Shown here in pieces: positions 43,660 through 54,960 of a stretch of DNA of 64,000 nucleotides. The notes under the pieces were generated by a model. That model was not told where the DNA came from. It worked only from the letters and a program-made list of their open reading frames with translations, and did no database searches. The position numbers were made by a program, and so were the translations under genes. Where the stretch lies: NCBI GenBank assembly GCA_030704615.1, contig CM060732.1, positions 56,730,001 through 56,794,000 of the forward strand. Direction: 5' to 3'. Source of the stretch: Takakia lepidozioides. Its lineage: Eukaryota > Plantae > Bryophyta. Numbering within the stretch: the stretch's first letter is position 1; every line of letters begins with the position of its first letter.

Positions 43660-46384
43660 GCCTTCATCCGGCCGCTGCCACACAAGAGGTGTGGTATCCA
43701 ATAGTCAGCCCTGGTGCAATCACCACACTCTCCTCCTCTCCTGACGGTACAAAAGCTTCTATCCAAGCTTGTTGCACCCGTCCATCAGCAGCTTGCTGCA
43801 AATCCTTGCTCGTACCCCACAATGGAGTGTGAGCAACCATGGCAGGCAACTCCGCCGTACCATGCATGTCATCCTGCTTTGCTGGAGGTGGCACATCCTC
43901 TGCATGGGCATTGCTTTCCAGCAACTCTCCAGGCCAACTAACTGCAGCTGTGAAGGCGACTAGTGTTGGCATCTTGCCCCGCTGGGCAGCTGCAATATCC
44001 CCAATGAATGTCACAGGGAGCTGTGCACGGCGACCATCCCCTGACTGCCATCCAGGCCTGTAGGATGCTGACTCCTCCCAGAAATCCAGGGTGAAGCCCA
44101 TGGGGTATAACACTGCCCCACCAACGAGGACATCGTAAGAGACCGCGTCTATCACAATGGCCTTGGCTCGCATCACTGAGCCATCTACAGGATGATCCGG
44201 CTACAGTCTAATAGCCAACTGATTCCGTGTCATGCCGCGAGCCTGCTCTGATCCTCCCAGAGATGTCTGTATCTGGAAAGGACAAGGCTCCATATCCGCC
44301 TCCATGAGGCCCAACCTGCAATAGCAGCTCTGCCCAACATCAGTGGCTGAGCTCATGAGTCCAACAAGACCCGCAGTGGCCGGTACTTCTTGTCTGCCGG
44401 TCCACTCAAAGTGAAAATGCCTCCCTGGTTGTCTAACAAGACAACTCCAGGTGTCACCATGGCGCGCTCAAAGGCTGGCCTAGCTGGCAGCTCCGTCAAC
44501 CTGGCAGCTGCAGCTTGCCATGGCGCAGCCGTGGCAGTCTTGACCCTCAAATCCGAGGATCCCTCTGCCACTATACCTTCCACTAACTCCGCAGAAGATG
44601 AAGTGACCTCCCCACTCTCACACAGAGTTGCTGCTAGTCTGAACACTGCAGCTGGTCTCACCCCGGCGTCGCAATCATGGTTGCCGAGAACAGTAGGGCT
44701 TTACACACAGAGGTGGCTGCCCCCAATAACACACCGGCTGCACTAGCCTTGGTAGCAGGTGTCAGTGTTGCACGTGTAGCTCTCCCCAATGGCATAGTAA
44801 CCTCCGCCTCGGTAACAGTCGGGCGAGAACTAGGTGCCATGGATGGCGTTGACACTGTCTCCGCCAAGGTGAATGACTGAGGCAGCCTCGCCTGACGGCT
44901 TGCCTCCCCACGTTGTGGATCCAACTCCACCTCTGCACCTCATGGCTCAGGAACTCGTGCTGCTCCTCGAGTCACGGCTGCAGCAGACTCCACCTGCTCT
45001 AGTGGTAGTGCTGCTCCGCACATGAATCCCATGCCTCCCATATCTCCTCCCTCAGGAGCAGGAGGTGGACCATCCCGCCTGGGAGCCGGTACCGCCTGAG
45101 CTATAGCCATGGTAGCGAGCCTCTGCTCTAGCTGCTGAAGCCGATTGGCCATGCCTTGGTCAACACCCTGACCTCCGCGTCCTTGGCCATGTGGAGCTTG
45201 CCCTTGGCCTGCACCTCGTGCCCGACCACCTCGTCCTCTTTGGGCTGGTCCACCTCGCCCCCGGCCACCATTGTTCCCTTGGAACTGGCCTGGGCGCAAC
45301 TCAGGATGCAAGTCATAACACTGGGCATCTACATGCCCATACTTGCCACAATGCCCACACTGCAACTGTGCAGGCTGTGCTTGTGCCGGCCTTCTGCCAT
45401 TCTCTGGGCAATCTCTTTTGACATGGGGTCCTCCACATGTCCAACATATCACCCCTGGTTGCTGTTGGCCTGCAAAAGATGCCACGGGCCTCTGCACCTG
45501 AGGTCCCCTGTAAGCTCCATGGAACTTGGGCTGGGCAAACCTTGCCCCCTGACCACGCTGTTGGGCAGTCCCTTGTGCCTGTGGGCTGACAGCTGTGCCC
45601 CGTACAGGCATGTCCTTGCCAAATCCAATTGTAACAACTCGCTCCTCCACCATGTTGAGCTCAATCCGCTCAGCCAGTAGAAACACATCTGTTAATGTGG
45701 GTTGGGCTGCTTGTAACAGGGTTGCATCTCGCACCCTTCTCTTGAGCTCATTGTCCAAAATTCCATACCCAAACTGGATTGCCTGAGCTTCAGTAACCCC
45801 TTGGGTCACACTTATCAAGCGCCTCATACGAGTGTACGCCTCTCGCAGGCTCTCACTGGGTTTGCGCTGGAAGTCTTGCAAACTTCGCAGTTTCTCTGTC
45901 CGTACACCTTGGTAGTTCCTCCACAACTCCTGGAAGAACTCCACCACCGGGTTGAATCTAGGCACATGTGTTGTAGTCGTGGCAGGAGGAGTAGTAGCAT
46001 CTTTGAACTGGTACCACCTGCAGAAGTACCAGCACTACTTGCTCCACTACTAGTGCTGGCAGTGGGAGCTATTGGTACTGATGCAGCTACTGGTAGCGTC
46101 GTGCCTCGAGTAATGGAGACGTAGTCAGGTGACCAATACATCCTCCACTCCTCAATCTCTGCTTCATGTCCTCGCCTGAACTCGTGGTAATCGTCCATAG
46201 GCGGGCCTTCCAAATGCTGGAACAGTCCCTTCCACGCCATGAATGGGGTGAATAGCTGTGGATTGCGCATCTGCTGCAAATCACACCAGCTGTCGAACTC
46301 CTGGATAAAGTCATCCAACTCAATTGTGCCCACAACTCCAGAGTACCTACGAGGCCCCTTGGTAGCTCCATACATCTCCTCCAT
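43660..46384 (-). pseudogene. gag: Copy B Gag and aspartic protease
   Basis: MEEMYGATKG start, knuckles CWTCGGPHVKRDC and CGHCGKYGHVDAQC, protease VLLDS(G). CGA>TGA at 44940 and several 1-nt frameshifts. Confidence 0.88.
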
Positions 46385-47189
46385 GTCGTCCCACAACAAT
46401 GGCGAATGAAAGTGCACACCTGTTGATGAAGCCTCCGAGTCTGTGTCTGACTCTACAGTAATTGAGGGTGGCGGTGAAGGTGGTCTGAACCGAATACCTC
46501 GTCTTGTGAACCCACTCTCACTGTTACTGCCTGTAGCCGTACTCTCCTCAAAACCCTTGGGTAACTCCGTAATGACACTCACAATGTGCACCTCCTCCAC
46601 GTGACACTATAAGGCTCTAGTTCTAATCTAATAGTGACACGGGTGGGCACCTGTTGCAGTTTAAGGGTCATATCCCAATGGCTCAGGGCACCTGCACCTG
46701 CATCCACCGCAAGAACTCCTATGGTTGGCTGGTCATCAACCCAGCCTCACCATAGAAGAAACACTGGTGGTCTTGCTGGTCATTACTCCAGCCTCACCAC
46801 CGACAGCATACTCTAGGATTGACCGGTGATCAAATCCGGCCTAATCCCTATGAAAGCAAGCGCCCACACAAAACCAACATGGCGCACAGTCAAGCATGCA
46901 GGTGTTGGGGGGGATCCAAACACAAGAAATCAAAACATCAACACCCCCACACCAAAATCCAGCTGCAATGCTGATCCTGCAGAATATCCCAGCCCAAAAC
47001 CCGGACTGACTGGCCTCCACCAAGAGAGGCTTTGGCAACTACAAGTACAAGGTAATGAAAATAGTACAGAAATGGAGGGGAAGAATAGAAGCCCGCCCAA
47101 GCAAGATCTAATCCTGATCTATGCTATCAACTGCCAGACTTCTCTCAAAGTGCCTCTCTCTGCATGATGGTAAGGTGTAGGAGGTATAT

Positions 47190-47867
47190 CTATGTCCAGA
47201 AACCTGCCACTAACCTTGTCCAAGCTACAGTAGCTCGCTCTAACCAACCCTCCTCCTCTTTCTGCCAAGTAGAGACAAAGCAATACTCCCCTATCTTCCG
47301 CTCACTGAACACTAAAGAAAACAAAGGTAGGGTCTGATAGTCTCTCAACTTGAAAGCTTTGAGACGGTTGCGGGTGTCCTCATTGCGGATGACTGCATCG
47401 CCCTCAAGCAGAGCAAACTTGTCCTTGCAAATGAACCCCTGCTCGTGGTTGCCTTGTGCAGAGCATGTCCGGCTGCAACGCTGTCTGATTGCACAAACTT
47501 GTGTAGCTCTTGCTCCTCTACTCCAATACACCACGGCCTTGTGGCTGAACACCTTGGTACCCGGGGTTGTCTTTGGCTGTGTTCCAAGCCTAGCTTTCAC
47601 CCACTTTGGTATTTCACCTACAGCTCCAGAACTGCTGGCTCCAACAGAGTTCTGACTGTCCAAGGCGATATTGAGGCCCTCAACGCCAACTACAGCAGTC
47701 TGTTGTCTACTGCTAATGCCTGACTCCCAGTATGCAATCAACTCGTCCAACTGTTCTCCACTCAAATCAGTCTGAGTTCCTTGGGAAACATAAATTTTGT
47801 CCCCTTGGGTGCACAGGCTAAGAGAAGAGACCTGCCCTTCAATTACGTCCTCATTTCCCCCAGCCAT
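47190..47867 (-). CDS. Unknown 225-aa ORF in the leader of copy B
   Basis: ATG-initiated and in element sense; no counterpart seen in copy A. Confidence 0.35.
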   Translation of the reverse strand: MAGGNEDVIEGQVSSLSLCTQGDKIYVSQGTQTDLSGEQLDELIAYWESGISSRQQTAVVGVEGLNIALDSQNSVGASSSGAVGEIPKWVKARLGTQPKTTPGTKVFSHKAVVYWSRGARATQVCAIRQRCSRTCSAQGNHEQGFICKDKFALLEGDAVIRNEDTRNRLKAFKLRDYQTLPLFSLVFSERKIGEYCFVSTWQKEEEGWLERATVAWTRLVAGFWT

Positions 47868-48124
47868 ACAAGGAGTGCATCCCTAGATTTATCTCTCATG
47901 TAGACCAGAACAGGTTCTAGAAACAGGATTGTGGATCTTTCATGGCACACTCACACTATAAAAATTCCATAGATTTCTAGCAGAGTCCCAAAAACAAAAA
48001 CCAGGTCTAGGTAGGTAGATTTCCCCTTTCTGCAGCTATCCCCCCAAAAACTGAGTCAAACGGAGTTCATTTGACAAAGATATGACCAACCAAGCTCTAA
48101 ATCATTTGAATTAGATCAAAAAAA

Positions 48125-48155
<31 letters not shown>

Positions 48156-48449
48156 CCAAAACGTTCTCACCATTAAAAACTGTTCCCAGGTTATCTACAG
48201 GTTCCGAACATGTTCATGTAGTTCTCTGTTGTTTTGGGGTCGCCTCGCCATTACCACGGAGCAGCTCGATTTGTTGAACTCCGATCGGCTTCTCCTCCAT
48301 GATGGACCGCGTTGCCGCTTCGTCATCCCTCAGCTGCATTTGTTCAGGTGTCCGTCCCACATACTTATCATTGCTGACTCTCAGGTCGTTTCCCGTAAGT
48401 TCCAGCTCGCATGGAGGGAGATTACCGGCAGCCTGCACTTCAACTCGAC

Positions 48450-49180
48450 TGCCTCCCTGATACCATGCTGTGGATCTGACCAGTACTCAATGCTTCATGC
48501 AGACACATATTGATCCGCGTAGTCGGTCGCGAACGGCAAGTCCTCTGCATCCCCTTCAATAATCGTGCACTCCTTGAGAGGCGCCTTCTCCTTTGCTTTA
48601 GCAAGCTGGTGAGGAGATTGATCCAGAATGCTCACATTCTTGGCATCCACAGTTTTTCCAATCCCCAATGTGGCAAATCCCGTGCCGCCACCAACATCTA
48701 CCACCACCAAGGTAGGATCATCGAGGCAAATCTGAAGTAAGTTAGGCTGTTTTTGAATTGGGTTTTGTTCAGCGATGGCAATGGCTGCAAGGATGGCCGC
48801 GCCATCGTTGCAATGGCAGTGGAAGCCGGTGACAGTTGTGGACAACCAACAAAGGCTTCGCTCTCGGGATATCCTGCAGGTTTGAGCTCATCATCATGCT
48901 TACATAGGTTAGCGTCGACAGGCTTGTTGCTCAGCAGGCAATTATAAGCCAAGAACTGGAGCGTGCATGTGAGCAGAAGGAGAAACAGTAGCGGTCTTCG
49001 ATTGCGGGCTGTCAGTGCAGACAAAAGCGTCTCAAGGCCTGCGTTGCAGCTGCGGTTCATCCAGCACAAGCAGGAGGCATTCTGGTTTTACAGATTAGTG
49101 TCTGTATTGTACGACCATATTATAAACCCTGGGCATTGGGCGGAGGACATGCAAGAGGATACTCTAGAACCAGTAGATGG
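48450..49180. pseudogene. VTE3: Rearranged fragment of the MPBQ/MSBQ methyltransferase gene
   Basis: + strand: RFIQHKQEAFWFYRLVSVLYDHIINPGHWAEDMQEDTLEPVD. - strand: LDDPTLVVVDVGGGTGFATLGI...DQSPHQLAKAK...EGDAEDLPF...SIEYWSDPQHGIREA. Confidence 0.88.
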
Positions 49181-50045
49181 ACCTCCACAGGAGCAACGGT
49201 GGCCAGAGCACATAGGAGAGCTTTAGCAAGCTTGGTGGAGCTGACAAAGTCACCAACAATTATCATTGTCTGATTCCGCAGTTGCTGCAAGGGCCTCTCG
49301 TCGTCCAGTGGCCATGGCAACGGGAAATCTAATGGCATCCATTGCTGCTGTAGATACTTAGTATCCAAGCCCCTGTGATCACATCTGTGCATAGGGGACG
49401 ACGAAGGTGAGGCTTTTGCGAACAAGAGAGCAGGGAAGAAGAAACAGCTTCAGCTTCTTGCTTTATACTTAGGACCAGCCGATGGAGCTCCCTGCCCATT
49501 CTAGCCTGTACATCCTCGTCAGCATCGTTGCTGGAGGGCTCAACCCAAGCACCCAGTCGGAATGTGCGCTCATCTATGACGTTGGCTTCCCCAGCAGCCC
49601 CTTCTCAGGAGAAGAGCCACAGTCCAGAAGCTTCGTGTTTTGATTCCCTGGATTACTGGCCTGATAGCACTGTTTTAACCCACACCTGCATAAGGCAAGC
49701 TCGTTGCTGATGACACTGTGAACCTGACAAACTAATGCCGCCGGATCACTTATCCAACAAGAGCGCATCTGCCCTCACAAGTGGAGACCCTTGATATATG
49801 CGTAAAGAACCACTGGTGCCTCCGACATAGGAAGGCCTTCGATCACATGCAAACTAGGGGCAGGCATAGGAAAACCAACGACAAGTTGATGATTAATCGC
49901 AGGGCTAGAATCTACCAGAGAAACCTGCAGCTCAAGTTTTAACCAACATAGAGCCCCCGTCTCTCTCACTTTCAAAACAAAAACCACAAGTGCTAAAACT
50001 AAACTCACCTCTGGCACTCACAGATGCAAGCTGATCTCTCTCGAG

Positions 50046-50401
50046 TGATAAACAAGCTAAAAAGGACACACACTCCCAACACAAGAAATATGAAATCCAT
50101 CGCTATCACTCATTGAAACAGAAGTCGAGCCAGGGGCACCCCAAGCTATGGGGACTCCACCCCACAACAACCTGTACCCCTACATAAGCACACTCAAACC
50201 TAAACACATGCAGGAGCTCGGTCGCGCAGGCTCAACTCGAGAGAGATGAGCTGCGCGACTGCCGCTCTCGTGAAGATAAGACGGACCAGGTGTCAAACTA
50301 AACTTGACACCTGATTTAACACTTGACCTAAATCCAAGTGTTAAATACAAATAACTAGTTTTATTCTAGCTGTTTTCACACTGTGCTTATTTAACTTGAC
50401 A
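50046..50401 (-). repeat. 5' terminal repeat A1 of copy B
   Basis: About 99% identical to 37004-37358; not followed by a B segment or by a TGG primer site. Confidence 0.95.
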
Positions 50402-51640
50402 TATGTGACAACAGGAAAGTATCAAAAAACAAGTAACAGACATGAGGAGAAGCTGTGGAATGAATACTTTTCTGCCCCCAGTCAATGATGGGACAACCGA
50501 GGCAAAAAGGTGAATGCCTGCTACATTTCAGAGAGTAGCAGACGCAATTGAGCATAGGAACTAGTGTGATAAGCTGAGTTGGGTGTTTCCTAGAACAAAT
50601 GTAGGTTGTCATTGTCAGCTACTAGCAGCAAGGCAAGGATGAATGCATGATTTGTGCAGGGGCATGGATAGCTGAAGGAGCAGGGATAGAGTGTGGTCCA
50701 GATTCATCCTAGAGGGCCAAATTTCAAGCACAAGATTTACCTATGATTCCCTGTGGATCAATAACTACAAGAAACCTCCATGGGTAGATGGTCTATTCCG
50801 TGGAACTCGCTGAAGTCTTGCATTATGAGGATCAGAACTGCTTGACTTGCACGAGGCCTTGACCCTTAGGCAATCCCCAGAGCAGCAGTAGCTTTTGGGC
50901 TGCTTTTTTACTTTGTGTTTTTCATTTTGTCCCATAAGCTCTTTGAGCTTTCCGCAGATGTAATAAAGTAACATTTTGTTTCATTTCATTCATTTTCATT
51001 TCATTTTGTTTCATGGCATGTCTTTCATCGTTTGTGCATTTCTAATGCATGATTAGTTCTCTTGTATGGCATTACTAGTCGACTCACTACAAACACCAAA
51101 ACTCCAAAGCATGAATCACTATGAATGATTGTTCAAGTAATTTTGAGCACTTCATGTAAAGTAGTAAAGCAGTGGTTGCGCCAACTTCCGCAGTCGCAAT
51201 TGCCACTGCACTGCAAGTTATGTGGTCTACTACCACGTGGCACCCCGGGCCCGTGGCCACGTGGCAGCAGTGGTGCTCGTCGTGGCGCCGCCACGTTGGC
51301 ATCCACATCGTCGTCCACGTCCGCGTCCATGTGTCACTGCGCTTCAGTGAGTCGGTCCACTCATCCGGAGGGAAAAGTCAAAGTCAGCCCAAAAGGTCAG
51401 ACACACGGGCGGCCCGCCTGGTTACGCCACGTGGTTCTTCAGCAGTAATCGCATTAATCGCTGAGCAGTTGTTCGCGCGTCTGCGTCCTTTACCACTCCA
51501 ATCATTGGATGTCCAACCCAACTACCACGTCTGTTGTAACTAGTCTGTTGTAACTTCCAGTCGATCCCAGTTTTTTGACTTTTACGACTCAAAATGAGTC
51601 GTTACCCCAGTGGTAAATGACACGAATGCTTCTAGTGAAG

Positions 51641-52573
51641 GCTAGTGAGGGGGCTGTGTATGCATTCTTGGATCGTGTGCTTAGCCGATTTGGTGCTCTA
51701 GCTGAGGTACTCACAGACAGGGGAGAGAGTTCTTGGGGGAGTTTCAGGCTTTGTGTGATAAAACCTTGATAGACCACCGCACTACTTCTCGGGATCATCC
51801 TGAGGCCGATGGCTTGGCAGAGAGAGTTGTTCAGACGATGAAGAGGGGTTTGCGCAAGTATGGCTTGCAGAAGGGACACCTAGGAGTTTGGGATCTTCAG
51901 GTGTCTTGGTTAGCCGTGGGCTACAGGTTCAGCAAGCAAGCATCACTTGCCTCCTTCTCACCATATTTCCTTCTCTTTGGCCGAGAGTCGGATTTGCCTG
52001 CAGCCATTCGTAGGGACACTGCTCAAGTCCTTAATCTTGACGATCCGGACGTGTGGGTACGTGCATGTGATCAGCGTGTAGTTGTTCAAGAAAGTCATGC
52101 CCATGGCTTTTGCGAACCTTGCCATTGCACAACACCCTGATACGTTGAGGTATGTCACTATACCCCGTGGAGGATATCGTCCTGGGGTTTGGAGGTTTAG
52201 CCCTGGTGACTATGTTTATTTGCAGCAGACTGCTCCTACGACCCTAGATGTCACTGTAGGGCGTGTTATTCTGAGGGTTCGAGAGGTGTTGCCCTTAGGA
52301 GTCCTGATCTTGGAGGGTTGGGATGGCATGACTTGGAAAGACCATGTGCGTAATTGTGCGCCATGTCACCTTCCCAATGTCGATGGCAGAGTTGACCCAA
52401 ACTTGGTAGTGGTACCTGCAGGTTTGAGGTTCATGCTCTGTGGGTCTGCCAAAGGGGCAGCCACCATGCTGGTGTGTGATCGATGCTCAAGAGGTTGGCA
52501 CATGGGATGCTTGATACAACCTCTTGAGAAGGTTCCTGATGGAAATTGGTTGTGTCCACACTGCTTGGGATAG
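51641..52573 (+). pseudogene. Copy A integrase C-terminal half with PHD finger (52430-52564)
   Basis: TDRG and HPEADGLAER motifs; PHD with the first Cys changed to Phe. Confidence 0.9.
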
Positions 52574-52832
52574 TGGCAGTGGACATGACTAGAGGCAGCT
52601 AACAAGATATGGGAGGCCAAGCTCATAGGAATCAATACACGAGATCCCAGGCTCAAGTTCACAGGTTGCAAGACGGCGACTAACGATGGGGCAACTCTTG
52701 CACTCGGCCTCTGATCTATCGAGTTTGAGTGTAGTAGGGACAATGGTAGAGGACTTAGTGAGGCTATGGTCACTATCATATCTTGTGGCTACCTCGACTT
52801 AGAGGGACCTCAGCACCAGCTGGGGGGGCGAT

Positions 52833-53527
52833 TGTGGGAACTAGTGACTGCCATAGTGGGCAGCATAGTGGCAGCCTAGTGACTGACTAGTTGCAGCCTA
52901 GTGGTTGGACTAGTGGTGGACTAGTAGTATACTAATGTGTGGTGTGCACATGTGTTGTGTGGTTTTGGATAACGATGTAGTTGTGTAGCGACATGTATGC
53001 GCACGACAGCTGTCAAGTTATTTCACCACTAGTGTGAAACTAGCTAAGAAATAGCTAGTTTTTACATATTGACATTTGGGAGTGGCCCAAGTGTCAATCC
53101 AGGGGTCAAGGCAGATTTAGACCCTGAAGTGGTTATTGTCACGGCAAGCGCGGGAGGCTCATCTTTCTCGAGTTGAGCCTCGCCGCGCCTAGCTATGGCG
53201 CCAAAGTGTGGATTCCCCATGGCGTGGGGTGCACTTGGCTTGACTTGTATTTGAGTGATGAGTTTATATATGCATGAGTTTATGCTTCATCTTTGTGAGC
53301 TCGCATAAGCTTGTGCTTGTATTCTTCTTCTTTATTATTGTGTGGACTAGTGACTGCCATAGTGGGTAGTATAGTGGCAGCCTAGTGACTGACTAGTTGC
53401 AGCCTAGTGGTTGGACTAATGGCTGGACTAGTGGTGGACTAGTGGTATACTAGTGTGTGGTGTGCACATGTGTTGTGTGGTTTTGGACAGCGATATAGTT
53501 TGTGTAGCGATATGTATACGCACGACA
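52833..53527 (+). repeat. 3' split repeats of copy A: B1 (52833-53008), A2 (53011-53337), B2 (53338-53527)
   Basis: B1 and B2 are direct repeats ending cacgaca. A2 starts tgtcaagtta as in copy B. PPT-like GGGGGGGCGA at 52822-52831. Confidence 0.9.
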
Positions 53528-53628
53528 GCCCCTTAGGGAATATGCTATTTCGACCAATAGCGTCTCCTTAATCCTGGGGATGATTCATGGGGAGGCGCTT
53601 GCAGCTGCCCATGGAACCCGGCTCTTAA

Positions 53629-54254
53629 CCCTTAAACGACCACTAGGCCCACAACGGGCCATTGAAAACTTTGAACATTAATATTTTTTTTGGATTTTGG
53701 GGGTTTTTAGTGAAATCTGCGCCATTGAATGGGGGCCGAAGTGGAGCGCCAAGATCTTTTTTCCCTTACGCGCGTGAATTCTTGCTTCGCGCGTTTGGTC
53801 TCTCTTGCTTGCAGGCTTGTTGCAAGTGTCGGTTGTGTCGGTTGTGTCGTGTGCAGGTGTCTCGTGCAAATCTACCTCCCAAACTTTGACCAACTGCCAC
53901 CTGGTGCCTACTGGGCGAAATCCACATGTTTTTCCTGCATTACGTGGAGGATGTTTCCTGCTTGAAGTGCTCCAACTTTCAGATGAAACAGAGTTTATCC
54001 AGTGAGCCAAAATATGAAAAAACTAAAAAAAACATTTTATTTTTACCACATGTTGGAAAATTGGGCCCCACTGCGCGTTTTGGCAGATCTGCGCCGATTG
54101 GCCTGCAATTTAGGCAGCACCTGCAGGTGCTAGGTGGCCACATTATGTCCGGTCACTTTTGGGAAATTTTGAAAACTCGCTGCGAAATATTGATTTTCCT
54201 CCAAGGGGGTCAATTTAGGAGGAAAATCAAACTACCCCACTGGTCGTTTAAGGG
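53629..54254. mobile_element. piggyBac-like MITE
   Basis: Perfect 14-bp TIR CCCTTAAACGACCA / TGGTCGTTTAAGGG flanked by TTAA on both sides. Confidence 0.8.
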
Positions 54255-54960
54255 TTAACCACACATGAGATCTACACGGGCACTTCGGGCAAAACATATT
54301 AACTTAATAGTAGCTACACATAGCTAGAGAGAGAGAAGACTTCGGCCGAAGCCGGCGTAACTAAGAGCCACTTCACCTTTTGGGGGTGGCCCACATAGCT
54401 ACACTAAGTGTTGGGTGCGACTGCTCGTTACCTAAATACTTAACATGCCCTAGCAGGCCTATTTTTAGCATGCCTTAGCAAGGCGGCGAGCTAAACTAAT
54501 GTGTACGGGCCTTAGTAGTAGATAGCAAGTTGGAGGCAGGAGAAGAGAGCCCCCCCAATTATATACTCTCTTAGGGCGGGGGGGCCTTCGCTCACCTTCT
54601 AGAAGACTGGGTCGTGCCAAGTGTGCATAGTCCCACAATTGGTTCCTAGATGTGGCTGGACACACGTCCTCATCCCATTGCCCTCTAGCTTCGCTCTAAT
54701 GCACCTTTTCCTACATCTCTCTTGGCCATTCCAATGATCTCTCCTATTTTGACCTCTCATATTTCCCCGAGGTTAGGTTCAAAACTTATTAAAGGCCTTT
54801 GTGAGTGGTTGCACGTTGGTATATACAAATGTTACAAAACATTTAAGCTCAATTGTAGTTACATGGATGCAATGTGACTAGGTCTCCTTCGACGTCCAAG
54901 GCTGATTTGGTCAGCAAGGACCAAGCCAAAGGAAAGGGGTGTTTTTCTTAAGGTCCAAAG

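Larger units (their letters stand above)
36918..50401 (-). mobile_element. DNMT/PHD Gypsy-like retrotransposon, copy B (complete termini)
   Basis: Termini TGTC...GACA and 4-bp TSD TATG (36914-36917 and 50402-50405). The empty site is visible in the paralogous duplicate at 36350-36380. Domain order gag-PR-DNMT-RT-RH-IN-PHD. Confidence 0.95.
31709..51637. mobile_element. Non-autonomous CACTA (Pack-CACTA) containing nested retroelement copy B
   Basis: Perfect 19-bp TIR CACTAGAAGCATTCGTGTC / GACACGAATGCTTCTAGTG and 3-bp TSD AAG. Removing it restores LPDK-ASEG in the integrase. Confidence 0.95.
12650..53527 (+). mobile_element. DNMT/PHD Gypsy-like retrotransposon, copy A (RT/RNase H deleted; interrupted by a Gypsy at 14597-28186 and a CACTA at 31709-51637; 5' end not found in window)
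   Basis: Colinear homology to copy B from the leader through gag, PR, DNMT, IN and PHD to the B-A-B terminus ending cacgaca at 53527. Confidence 0.9.

Noticed and set aside
36918-50401. DIRS/Ngaro tyrosine-recombinase element, suggested by the split repeats
   Set aside because: No YR motifs seen; it encodes an aspartic protease and an HHCC/DDE integrase and has a 4-bp TSD.
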